Positions 17,401 to 48,415 of a stretch of 64,000 nucleotides of DNA are shown one piece after another. The notes under the pieces are model-generated. The model saw only the letters and a program-made list of their open reading frames with translations, was not told the DNA's origin and ran no database searches. The position numbers were made by a program, and so were the translations under genes. This DNA is from Diadema antillarum (Eukaryota): NCBI RefSeq assembly GCF_040938485.1, contig NW_027271164.1, positions 2,108,001 through 2,172,000 of the forward strand. Reading direction: 5' to 3'. Numbering within the stretch: the stretch's first letter is position 1; each line of letters opens with the position of its first letter.

Positions 17401-18103
17401 ATAATGTTTACCCATTTAATCGTGTGATTTTAATGCTTTTTTTTCCCATACTGACATATTTTTTCAAGCACTTTAAAGGGGCTGTACAGTACTGGCTGAG
17501 GTGGGGATTCATGTTTTTTTACATTTCTAAGTGAGATAATGAGAAACCTCATATGAAATATGAAAGAGCATGGCTGAGATATTCCAAAAAGTAAAAGACT
17601 ACTAGTATACAGGCCACGCCTTTTATTAGGATCTCTTTGTTTCACCTTGTTTTGGTATCTCGGCCATTTCAAAACCGATTTTCATCAAATAAACTTTTGA
17701 TGCCCCTTAGAATTGCATGCTCGTTGCCATCTCATAGAGTGGTTTCTGAATATCTCGCAAAATGTTAAAAGCTAAATCCTCGCCTCGACCAGAACTGTAC
17801 ACACCCTTTAAAACCATCTCCAAGTTGTTAAATGGGAGTCATTACAAGCAGCTTATTAGTATTTTATATTTAGCCTAAAGGATAAGAGAACCGAGCATTA
17901 CTTGTAAAAGAATGCGTTCAGATATAGCTCATTGGACTCACCAGAAATACATCGACATCGACCGTCTTGTTGATGTAAGTGCTTTCGCTGAACCTCACCA
18001 TTTCCCCTACCAGGATTCCCTCAGTGACATTCACTTTGGGATCAGCGGACTCACCCTTCCCAATGAGGGCAATACTTATCAGCACCACAAAGCCCAATTT
18101 CAT
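8113..18103 (-). CDS. Cholinesterase-like gene B, 10 exons, ~599 aa, secreted, C-terminal WAT (T-peptide) exon; catalytic acid apparently Glu->Lys
   Basis: Exons 18103-17942, 16692-16516, 15368-15209, 14743-14666, 14192-14074 (GQSAG), 11649-11482, 10921-10479 (GSNKDKA; FGCPTD), 9537-9343 (WLGATHSEDL), 9009-8828 (QCHFWN), 8228-8113 (EWREIYDDWKTEMTAWQQAFEEYKNEPTCN-TAA). All introns are GT-AG and the frame is continuous. Confidence 0.93.
10010..10400 (-). mobile_element. L2/CR1-group LINE 3' fragment in intron 7 of gene B
   Basis: The minus strand translates to ..APEYIQ..RLRPS..PKVKHSW*TRSFSRIGPKVWKDIPVTVRQSSSVESFKTSLKTYLF*, the typical L2 ORF2 C-terminus. It is followed by a GCGCTATAAAAG...(TAT)n tail. 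Confidence 0.75.
11915..13721 (+). mobile_element. 5'-truncated CR1/L2-group (Crack/Daphne-like) LINE with uninterrupted RT frame, intron 5 of gene B, antisense to host
   Basis: RT motifs (KIAKVNPVHKK..NHRPISLLP, DLSKAFDT, GVPQGSILGP, FADD, KFLGV) are open to the stop at 13301. A 3' UTR with AATAAA and an (AAAC)n tail follows. An 8-bp TSD, ATAATTCT, lies at 11907-11914 and 13722-13729. Confidence 0.93.
15969..16437. repeat. 116-bp tandem repeat, 4 copies, intron 2 of gene B
   Basis: Units start at 15969, 16085, 16201 and 16317 (GCGTCAAGCTCATGGACCATTTTTCATTGTCG...). Copies are near identical and have no spacers. Confidence 0.95.
16851..17229. mobile_element. Kolobok-like MITE, copy 1 (intron 1 of gene B)
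   Basis: AGGGACTGTACAG...CTGTACACACCCT termini with TCAA/TTAA flanks. Homologous to 17477-17807. Confidence 0.7.
17477..17807. mobile_element. Kolobok-like MITE, copy 2 (intron 1 of gene B)
   Basis: TTAA|AGGGGCTGTACAG...CTGTACACACCCT|TTAA. A TTAA TSD with RR termini is the Kolobok pattern. Confidence 0.75.
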
Positions 18104-19125
18104 TTTCCCCTCGTGGTGTTATATCGACTGTAACAGTTCAAAATATGGCGTGTAAGTCCCTGGAAACTATCAAAGAAATCTGTCGGGAAAAGGAGCAAGC
18201 ATTGAAATTCGTAACACCTGACAAGTATCCCCTCTTTGAAGCCATGCACTATCAATTGAATGTCAATGTTTGTCCTCCTTTCCCTCTCCCGCGCTGTCTC
18301 AGAAAAAAAAAAATCACCATTATTGACATACAAGGCTGGATAGCAAGATATGCAAGTCATACAATGTTTTGTTGACAGTATTCATCACGGGACTCTTGAA
18401 AGAAATATCATCGGGGTCTTCGAGGTTATCAGAGCTACTTAAAACTCCTTAAACCTTTATTAAATTGAAATCATAACCGTCAAGAGGGTCGTTACGTATG
18501 GCAAAGCGGCAAGGTGTGGTATTGCAGAGATAGATATTAATCAATTTTACACCATTATTTTCTGTGTGATATGCTTTCTGTCATAATAAACAAGAATGTT
18601 GAATTAATTTCTAGTCGCACTTTATTGCCTTGATGACTCGATGAGCAACGCAGATTTGTTTGGTGTTTAAATAAATATTTATGTTGAATGTAGATTTTAT
18701 ATGCTTACCTCACTTTTTACAGTCATGATAGTAATCTGGTTTAGATATGGAGAGGAGTTGACCAACCTAACTCAAGAGCAGGGATGAGACTGCAAGACAT
18801 CATGCGAAATACAATTCACTCTAATTTCATTCATTATCACTCAATGTTTATTTCAATTGTTTGTCAAATTGCGACTTATTTCATTGATGAAAATATGAAA
18901 GGTGCAAATTTTGCAAATAATCAAAGATTCCCAACGAGTCCGATCCCTGACCACCCTGTCTTCTCGTACATTTGAACTCGACATCATGAACTCGGGGCCA
19001 TGACAGTGTCAGCGTGTGTCACTGTGTGCATAGCGTGTCGTGTTTTGTGTATAATGAATACCGTGAACCAGCGCGTGACGTTCATCGCCGAAAAACAATT
19101 GTCAACATTCAGAATAAAGGTTATA

Positions 19126-22100
19126 ACCGGAGGGCCAAACCCCAAAAAGTCGCTTACTTAACGAGTGAGTTGCACTCTCTCTACAAACTAAGTAGACCAT
19201 GCTTATTTTCAAGTTTTTATTGTAACAAACAACATTCCACTGGTCTACCTCAAAAAATTTGTTGCGAAAGCCTCCAAATCCAAGATGGCGTCCAAGATGG
19301 CCGCCATATTTACTGAATTTGTTATTTGAAAGATAGAATTTGATTGAAAGATCAGATTTCAACAAATGTGATGTCATATGAAAGAGAATAAAATTTTCTA
19401 CAAGTTGATACTATTTTTGTGGGTTTGAGATTTTAAGGAAAAAACACTCATTTTTTGATATTTTTCTGAAAAAAGGAAAATCATGAAAATGCTTGATTCA
19501 GCATAAATCAGAGAAAGACTGAAGGATTATCTTGAAACGTTTCAAGAATTTTGTTTGACATATAATTAATATTTCGAGAAAATTAGGGGTCAGTACCTAT
19601 TTTGGTTCAGGAGTTATAATGTCTCAAACTTGAAAACTCACTATGTAAAAATGGCCACTTTAGTTGTGACAATACCTTGTTGGTCGTAAAAAGAGCCTGC
19701 GCGCGCCAAGACTACTACACGCACCACTTACACTGGCGCTTGTAGCAGTGCCAGTGGTGCGTGTAGTAGTCTTGGCAAACGCAGACATTTTCTTTGACAA
19801 ACAAGGGTTTGTGCCTGCAAACTAACTTTTCATACCAAGTGGCAGCTCAGGTGACGCTGATTGCTATTATTTCAAAGTAGATTGTTCTGAAGCAGATGAG
19901 ATGAAGCAAAAATATCTTTCAAATAGAGGTAGAAGCTTGAAATAACCTTGCTATAGAAAGTTTAAAACAAAATCTGGATCAATCACTCAAAAAATTCAAG
20001 ATTGCAGGCCATCAAAGCTGACATAGTGTATTGCGCCAAAGTAAATGTATTATTTCGTTTTTGATACAATTTTGTCTGTTGTGCTATCTTAAACCGTCTT
20101 AGGTTTTTATGGACACATTTTTAGAACTAGTGATATTCTACTCTCCGAAAAAGAAAAAAAAAATCGAGTGGAAGTTTTTGCTTTTGATGTGAGGAGTGAA
20201 TAACAAGAAAACGGTGAATTTAGAGTGAAATTGGAGTGACTTTTGAGTGAAAATGTTCATTTTCACTCATTTTAGAGTGACCTTAATAGGCAGGGCTCTA
20301 CACTAACTTTTATTTTTGGTGGCCCAAAGGCAAATATCCGATCTTTATTGGTGGCCCGATCAGGCCACCTATGTTCTTCATTTCTGACATTTTGGTGGCC
20401 CGACGTGCGTTTTTGGTGGCCCCGGGCCACCGGACCACCGTTAGTGTCGAGCCCTGCCTTAGGGATCACTTGTCACTCTTCGAGTGATCCCCGAGGTCAC
20501 TCTAAAATGAATGAAAATGAACATTTTCACTCTCGAGTGATCCTGATATCTAATATGGGAAAGCATCTACCAATGGCATAAGCTCATATCAATTGTGACA
20601 CTATAACCCACATGAAATCAGCCTAAAAACAATGTAAGAAAAATCTGGTAACAGAAAATACAGTTTCAGCATGCTTATTTGTAAATGTGAATATACAGCA
20701 CGAATAATCAATTTGGACAATTTTATTCGAACAATATACTGAAAAGTAATTTCGCACAACACATTTTGCACAACAAAGTTGAGAAATTGCCGCCATGTCG
20801 GATTTTTTTTTAATTTTATTTATTTATTTTTTTGGGGGGAGGGGGTTCGGATCAGAAGGGCTTTCAAGGACATCTACGGATCAGACATTATTACACATAT
20901 ACCATCATCATTCAGGCGTTTCTACAACAGCAGAGTAACATACAAGTAAAAAAGCATATCTTTGATACAGAAGCATTTCTTTTTTATCAAAGATTGGGCC
21001 TTACCCTAACACTGGAATGAGCTCCACCCCCCACCCCCCACCCAAAAAAAAAAGACCCTCAATATGGTTTACACTAGCACAATATCGTTCGGATGTATAG
21101 GAACATGTAATAGACAGCAATATAAGAAGATTAAAAAAATATATCAAATTATAAGTTATAAGTTGAGATTTAACTTTGACGCAACACACTAAAGGTATTC
21201 TACCATTGGGAGAGATATCACATTCGATTTATATGTGCAGGTTAGTTGTATTACAAAACATTCTACCATGTAAAAAAATTATGATAAAGCCTAAAACATA
21301 CGGAGATATCACCATTGCTTTTCAAGAAACCATAGCCATAACTGTTGACAATTTAGTATATAAAAAAAACATTCTTATCAGATCTATTTAGTATATCTAA
21401 CAATATTTAGCATTGATTATACTGATTTCAGTTTGTACATTAGTTGTTCTATCCCTAACTCACAGTTTAGAACTAGTTTGAGGAATTAAGTAAAGCTGGG
21501 TTTTTGTTTTACGTGCACTAATGGTAAATAATGCCTTGAACGACAACCTCGATTAATTAACGCCATCTTGAATTTTGTGTGGATACTATTTTTATCGCTA
21601 AATATTACACATTGGCAAAATTTGTGCCAAATTCCAAGCTCCTATCTCTTTTTGGAAAATACTTTCTGTTCAATTTTATCTGCCTCAGAACAATCTACTA
21701 TGATGAAATGCTACAGTAATAGCGATCAGCGTCACCTACCACTTGGCATGAAAAGTTAGTTTGCAGGTACTTGCAAGTCACTAGACCGTTACAGTATTAC
21801 ATGTGACCATGTAAACACATTGTATGCAAAATTTATAATGCATAAATGTAATTTGTTCAAGTTTTAGACGTTAACTTGTCAATAGTGTATGATATTGCCT
21901 GTAATTCCAGAAATATGAATTATATCTCAATCTCAGTAAATCTCAATCTCAATCGCAGGTTTCAAAATAATTCTTCAGTTCTTCTTTGATAAATACTAAA
22001 TCATGCATTTTCACATTTCTTCCTTTTTCCAAACAATATAAAAATATGGATCCCCCCCCCCCCAATTTATCACAATACACAGCTAAAGTGGTATCGACTT

Positions 22101-23537
22101 TTAGGAAGTTTTACTCTCCTTCATATGACATCAAATGTGTTGCAATCCAATGTCTCTATCAAATTTTATGTTTGAAATGTTAACTTCAATAAAAATGGCG
22201 GCCCTATTGGACCGCATTTGTACTTTGGAGGTTTTTGCAACAAATCTATTGAGGTGTACTTAAGGAACATTGCTTAGTATGCTTAATATTATGTATGGTC
22301 TTGTTTATAGAGAGAGTGGAACTCGATAGTAAGCTTGATCTTGGATTTGACCCTCTGTGACGTCTTTGGGAACAGATGCGTGTAAATGCATATTATATAA
22401 AATGGGATTTCAAGTTTGAGACATTATAACTCCTGAACCAAATACAATACTGACCTCTAATTTTTTAAAAACTTTTTAGAGAAATATTCATGGTGCATTC
22501 TGAAAAAAAAAATGTCTCCGTAAAAACCTAAGATGGTTTGAAATGGCATTAAAATGTTCAGAATATATAAAAACCATATAAATAGACAGCAAAACAGACA
22601 AAATTGTTTCAAAATCGAAATGATACATTTACTTTGGCTCAATACACTATGTCAGCTTTGATGGCCTGCAATCTTGAATTTTTTGAGTGATTGATCCAGA
22701 TTTTGTTTTAAACTTTCTATAGCAAGGTTATTTCAAACTTCTACCTCTATTTGAAAGATATTTTTGCTTCATCTCATCTGTTTCAGAACAATCTACTTTG
22801 AAACAATAGCAATCAGCGTCACCTGAGCTACCACTTGGTATGAAAAGTTAGTTTGCAGGCACAAACCCTTGTTTGTCAAAGAAAATGTCTGCATTTGCCA
22901 AGACTACTACACGCACCACTGGCACTGCTACAAGCGCCAGTGTCAGTGGTGCGTGTAGTAGTCTTGGCGCGCGCAGGCTCTTTTTACGACCAACAAGGTA
23001 TTGTCACAACTAAAGTGGCCATTTTTACATAGTGAGTTTTCAAGTTTGAGACATTATAACTCCTGAACCAAAAACGGTACTGACCCCTAATTTTCTCGAA
23101 ATATCAATTATATGTCAAACAAAATTCTTGAAACGTTTCAAGATAATCCTTCAGTCTTTCTCTGATTTATGCTGAATCAAGCATTTTCATGATTTTCCTT
23201 TTTTCAGAAAAATATCAAAAAATGAGTGTTTTTTCCTTAAAATCTCAAACCCACAAAATTAGTATCAACTTGTAGAAAATTTTATTCTCTTTCATATGAC
23301 ATCACATTTGTTGAAATCTGATCTTTCAATCAAATTCTATCTTTCAAATAACAAATTCAGTAAATATGGCGGCCATCTTGGACGCCATCTTGGATTTGGA
23401 GGCTTTCGCAACAAATTTTTTGAGGTAGACCAGTGGAATGTTGTTTGTTACAATAAAAACTTGAAAATAAGCATGGTCTACTTAGTTTGTAGAGAGAGTG
23501 CAACTCGACCTCTGTTTTTAGCTTTTGGCCCCCCGGT
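19126..23537. mobile_element. 4.4-kb non-autonomous foldback-like element with ~1-kb inverted arms, between genes B and C
   Basis: Arms 19167-~20125 and ~22505-23506 are near-identical reverse complements; the same spurious ORF is called at 19102-19377(-) and 23296-23622(+). Termini ACCGGAGGGCCAAA / TTTGGCCCCCCGGT are each flanked by TA. No transposase ORF inside. Confidence 0.75.
20288..20459. mobile_element. Small MITE (CAGGGCTC termini, hAT-like) nested in a short inverted repeat inside the foldback spacer
   Basis: AGGCAGGGCTCTACACTAAC ... GTTAGTGTCGAGCCCTGCCT, with internal GGTGGCCC repeats. Confidence 0.65.
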
Positions 23538-23918
23538 TATTATAAGAAATGCGTCCTCCTCCACGTTACAGATGAAGATATTTGCCTCTTTAGAAGAACG
23601 TGTACTGAAGAATGTTTTGTAACTTGGCCTATTGAATTCAAGCTTTGTTTGATGCTGAACCCAATTTCCCCCAGTCAATATGGTATAATGTATAATGTCT
23701 TGGTAAGCACACCTTGTGTAACATTTTGTGAATAATAATGTTATGAAAAAGACGATTCACCCCTTCTTTTTTTATGTTTGAAGGTCAGTATAATGTGATT
23801 CTTTGTGGCTGAATCTTGCCGACAGAGATTGCTAGATTGGAGTCAATAAAATCCTAGGAACTAGATCTCAAAATATCCAGAAATCTTGTGGCATCAAGTT
23901 ATGGGATAATGCATATAT

Positions 23919-24164
23919 ATGAAGAGTTTGTTTGCAAAAACCGATAAGTCCATATTTGCCAAATGGAGATATTTGCAATTAAAGGTCGAGAAAAATAAAG
24001 AGAATAATAAGAAAACTTTTGCTTCTTTTGACCATAACTTCAGAAATGTACCTTTATATGTAGTTACCAATATATTATTTACGAGGTATTATTTTGTACT
24101 TTATGACAGAGACCGTCCTTCAAAATCTTCAAAAATGGACTTATCGGTTTTTGCGAACAAACTC

Positions 24165-24169
<5 letters not shown>
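23919..24169. mobile_element. MITE with ~40-bp TIRs in TA-repeat context
   Basis: ATGAAGAGTTTGTTTGCAAAAACCGATAAGTCCAT is mirrored by ATGGACTTATCGGTTTTTGCGAACAAACTCTTCAT, followed by (TA)n. Confidence 0.75.
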
Positions 24170-24206
<37 letters not shown>

Positions 24207-25841
24207 GTTATCTTGGAACTTTCCACGTGTTGGACTTCGAATGTTGTAATTATTAGAAGGAAGAGTCTCAAGTACGCTATGGATCCAACGATTGCAAAAT
24301 TTTTTGTTACAAAATTTTCGGTCTGCCTCAGACCTTCGTCAGTGCAAAGACAATGATGGACAATGTTTATCATTAAGTCTCTCGACTTCGTCTCGGGACT
24401 TATAACCTTCCTCAATAGCATTTCAAACCCTTCGGGTGGAACATTCGGTATATTCCCTCCCCCGCCAGTCATCATCTATTATACTGTTTTTATCACCACA
24501 CGGTCGAAAGAGATATATACTTCATCTGCATTGACTGGTAAAGCAAACCACTCTCTGTGCAACGTTCAGTTCTATGTATCATCATATGAGACGGTGATGG
24601 GTTTGGTATATAATATCCTGCATTTCATTGTTTCAGTCTTAAAGAATTAATACAATTATTAATTCTATGACATAATGGGGAAATATGTTATATAAAAAAG
24701 TTTAATTCAATGGGTTTATTAAGGTTCATATATCTTAGTTTTGTCTCTTTAAGGTGAAACGTTTGGTACGTTTTAACCATTCTTTCGACTAAATGATTTA
24801 AGCAAACTTATGATACTTACACACTACAATGCAAATTGGACATACTATGTTGGATTACACACTGAAGAATGACGCGACAAAAAAAAATGAAATAAAACAG
24901 AACTCTCAAAGAGAAAACTGATAGATGACAAGCAAGCGGAATGTATGTGCAAATGTCGTGGAGCAAACAATTCAGACTGTTTATATTGACAATTCCTTTG
25001 GAATATCACCGTTGTAGAAAGATATGTCCTTTAGGATACTCCTGGTCAGATTTAGATTGTTCGTCAGTCATTTGACATGTCGATCATTTTTCCACTAGTC
25101 CTACAATACTTCACGGCAGAATTCGCTTACTCAGGTCTTCGCTTAAGATTTTAATCTAAGAAAACTGCTGTTGTACTTTTATTTACAAGTAAAACCAGAA
25201 TGACCACATGACTGCCACGTATCCAATGGTATCCGTGTTGTTGGTATCAGAAGGGCTCACATTTGATTCTTTAAAGACAACTTTTGAAAACTCAAAAAGA
25301 ATTTGAATAACGATCAAGAATTAAAACAACTTTGTCAATCAGATGACGGGCACTGTCAGAGATAATTATGATCAATGTAGACCTATTCAGACGCTAGCTT
25401 AAACATAACAAGTACATGATAAGCCAAAGCATGCCCCTTAATTCAAATTCTGCATTATATGAAATCATATAAAAAAATGTAAAACTATTAGAAAAGATAA
25501 CAAATGAGGCAAAGAGGTCATGTGATCGAAGGAAGGTCTCGTGTTCGAACGGTGAAGATTTGTAATCAACTTTAGATCTTAGATTGCATTTTATATTATT
25601 ATAACGGGGAGTTCATGTAACTTTTCATTGCTGATTGATAACAATATTTTAATATCTTTTATGATTATTTCAGACACCATGATCTACACACTATGTGCTT
25701 CAAGTCATTCTGTTTTGCAATTTCCAGGCAATATTAAACTGACTCGGGTACTGTGTTGTCAAACTAGCTCCAATTCAAATAAAGACATGTAGATGTAAAT
25801 CGACTCAGTGCATTCAAGGTAGCTTATACGATCAAGCCAGA

Positions 25842-36797
<10,956 letters not shown>

Positions 36798-36959
36798 TGT
36801 TTGAGAGGAACCGCGCTTGTCTTGTTTTCTTAATTGAAAAGTTACTGATTTATCCAGAGAGTCCAAGTCAATTGACTTCGTGCAATCACTTGTCCTTTTA
36901 GAATGAACTTGATCTATACTTGACTATTAAAGGTTGTCATACGCAAGGACTGCTTGTAC

Positions 36960-37035
36960 AGCGCAAGATATTCAGACTTTGGTCACAATTTGCAGACGGA
37001 CCAATAAGTGAGCCAATGACAAAATGACGTCAAAG
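36960..37035 (-). promoter_or_regulatory. Putative proximal promoter of gene C: two CCAAT boxes plus a CRE (TGACGTCA)
   Basis: GGACCAATAAGTGAGCCAATGACAAAATGACGTCA lies ~200 bp upstream of the ATG and is identical upstream of gene D. Confidence 0.5.
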
Positions 37036-40000
37036 TTTAAGCAGGGATATGAACGCATGGAAACGTAGTCTAGTATCTATAACTGACACAACTTCAAGCA
37101 ACAAATGTCTTCAAATAGTTGGGAGTAGTTGTTGAAGCTGATCAATAAAATAAATGCATGCTGCACTTGAATGAGAAAGATTATTAATGACGACTTTTCG
37201 TTTTCGTTTCCCCTCCTTTTTTTTTGCAACTGGTCTATCATGGCAAGACTATTTTTAGTCCGAGTAGATGGTCGATTTAAGCAGAGGCGTACTTCTTTAC
37301 AAAAGTTGTTTTGAAAAAAAAAGAAAACCGAATCTCAAACGGTCGTGAGAATAAATAAGTTTCACAAAGGTCGAAGTCCGAAAATTGTTTGAATACTGAC
37401 AACGCTCAAGCACATCCGAATCGGGCGCATACAGACTGTCGTCTTCTTTGATCACACTACAGAAATGGAAAATTTTACGGGCTCTGCGGCTTTGTCTGCC
37501 TCAGAAAGCATGACAATATTTTGAAACACTACATCATGCATGCAGTTAGTTGTAAGCTTTTTACTTTGTCATTCCATGGGTGGGCTTTATTACACTGACA
37601 TTGCAAGAAAACCAGCTTGCATACTGACAGTTATAGTTTAAATGTCAAACTATCAAATGAATCTAAACTGATGAAATGGTTTAAGACGACTTACGATATG
37701 TCCTACTACGTAGAACCGGTGTATGTATTCTAAAATATTCAGGTTTTATACACTTTGATTCTTGTAATTCTAATGAAGAGATATTCCAACAGCAGGCATC
37801 CAACATTGGTGCGCATCGTTATGGAATCATAGTTTTATAAGGCGACTACGATCTTAACAAAGGGAAGTTCCTGCCCGTTTTCTCTTGTTTGCATGGCTGT
37901 AGACCCTAATGTGCAATGATCTACTTCACTGTTTTATTGCTTGGTTATAGAAAAGCAACCTTGATATTAAAAAGGACAACAGTATCCATAAGACTATGCA
38001 ATGAGGACTTTGTAACTTGGATAGAAGAATTTATGCAAGCATTTATATTGATGTATATAGGGTAATTTGTCAAACAGTTGCAATTTATCGGGAGAAACCA
38101 TAAAGCTAGTATATATGCTTTTTTTTAGAAGAGGGAAGAAGAAAGAAGAGAGAAGGATGGGAGAAAGACAAAAACAAGGAAAAAATATAGAAACCCACTT
38201 ACTTAGGTGAACTTACCTATATATACACAAACAAACAAACAAACACGCACACACAGAGAGGACAGTACAGTACACATTTCGCTAGCCTTCAATTAGATTG
38301 TGAATTTATTGAAAGAAACTCAAAACAACATCATACATAAACCCATATTCCATAATGTTTCCACCTGCCCGCATGTATATTACACACTAATTGATTGTCT
38401 CATTTAAAGATGCACAATATGATACTCATTGATGAGCTGATCATTGCGGGGTGGGAAGAATGGTAAGGAAAAGAATCCCTGTCTAAAGCAACACGAAAAG
38501 ACAGCAGTTGCCTTGGTTATGATTGATCTTAATGAGGATCACGATCAACTAGCAAAGTGACCAGTGATCTGGGCGTCTGATCGCAATAGTCAATATCAAA
38601 GTGAAGGTTCGCCATCATGCAGAAACTCTAGTTTTTCTTGTAAAGTTCTGAATACCCCGATGAGTTTTAATAAAGTCAATTAATGCAGTTGTAGTTTAAA
38701 GTTGTAATTCATAGCGTTCTCATTTTATCACTGTTTGATTCATTCATTATTCGTTCACGCATTTTATATTCATCGGAATACGATAGTGAATACATAACGC
38801 TAACAGACAATATCACCCATTCTCTTCTGTTCTACATTGTAAAGTCTGATGACTACTTTTCCACCAAGGCAAATTTCCAACCACGTTAGAGTTGGCAACT
38901 GCAAATATAAATGTGTTTATTACAATTGTCATGGTTGAAATAAATATGATCTGGTATACTCCCTCTGCGACTACTCTCTGTGTAACAACGTTAAATTCTA
39001 TGTATCATCATGAAAGATGTGATGGTGACCAGGTGTATATCATTCTGCATCTTATTGTTCCAGTCTTAAAGAATCGATGCAGGTTTTAATAGTGTATGAC
39101 GTTATGGGAAATATATAATGTAAGAAAGTTTAATTTGTTGTGATCATGAATGTTCACATATCTTAGTTTTTTTTCTCTCTTTCTCTGAAAGGTGTTTACC
39201 TTTTAACCATTCATTCTACTATTTTAGCAAATTATGACATCAACAAACTTCAATGTAAATTGGACATAATTATTATGTTGCATTACACAGTGAATAATTG
39301 CTGGACAAAATCAAAATAAAAACAAAACTCTCTAAGAAAACTGCTAGATGAAAAGGAAGAGGAAAGTATATTGACAATTCCTTTGGAATATCACCGTTGC
39401 AGAAGTTCTGTTTCTTTTTTTAGGATACTCCTTGTCAAGAAGAGATTTAGATTACTCTTCAATCATTTGATACGTCGATCATTTCCACAAGTTCTGAAGT
39501 CTGAATAAAAAATACTTCGCGGTAGAATTTATTTCTCAGTTTATTTGCTCACTCAGGCCTTCGTTTAGAATTGTAATCTAAGAAATCTATTGACGTACTT
39601 TTATTCAATATACCAGAATGACCGCATGATGGTCGCGTAGCCCAGTTGTTAGAATCAGAAGGACTTACAACTTATAGATAACTCATCAAATTTGAATAAA
39701 GATCAAGAAATTAAAAAAGAAGAAACTTAGTCATAGATGAGGAGGTACAGCCATGCAGAGATAATTATGACCCATTATGACACATTACGACCAGTAAAGT
39801 CATGTTACTAAAACAATGGCTCGGGCTTGAACAGTGAAGGTTTATCATTAACTTTAGACTTTAGATTGCAATTTACATTACAACGGGGAGCTCATGAAAC
39901 GTGTGATTGCTGATCTATGATAATAGGTCAATATCATTTATCGTTATTTCAGGCACTATTGTCTATTATACACTTTATGGATTGGAAGGTAATTCTGTTT

Positions 40001-40141
40001 TGTAGTTTTTTAATGCAAAAGTCAATAAGGAAACTAATTTAGGTACGTGAAAAAGTGGCTTTATCATTCAAGTAAAGACATGTAGATGTACTTCGCTTTA
40101 ATCGGCGAAGTGCATTCGAGGATAGTTGTAACTAATCAAGA

Positions 40142-48183
<8,042 letters not shown>

Positions 48184-48344
48184 TTGAGAGGAACCGCGCT
48201 TATCTCGTTTTCCTAATCAAAAATCACTGATTTTATATTCAGAGAGTCCAAGTAATGTGACTACGTGCAATCAGTTGTCCGTCTAGAATGAACGACAACT
48301 ATGCTTGCCTAGGATTGTCCTACACCCAAGAACTGTTTGTATAG

Positions 48345-48415
48345 GGCAAGATATTCAGACTTTGGTCACACTTTGCAAACGGACCAATAAGTGAGCCAAT
48401 GACAAAATGACGTCA
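48345..48415 (-). promoter_or_regulatory. Putative proximal promoter of gene D: two CCAAT boxes plus a CRE
   Basis: Same 35-bp block as upstream of gene C; TGACGTCA at 48408-48415. Confidence 0.5.

Noticed and set aside
19102-23622. Duplicated ORF MTSHLLKSDLSIK... as a gene pair
   Set aside because: It is a by-product of the inverted arms, with no recognisable domain or splice structure.
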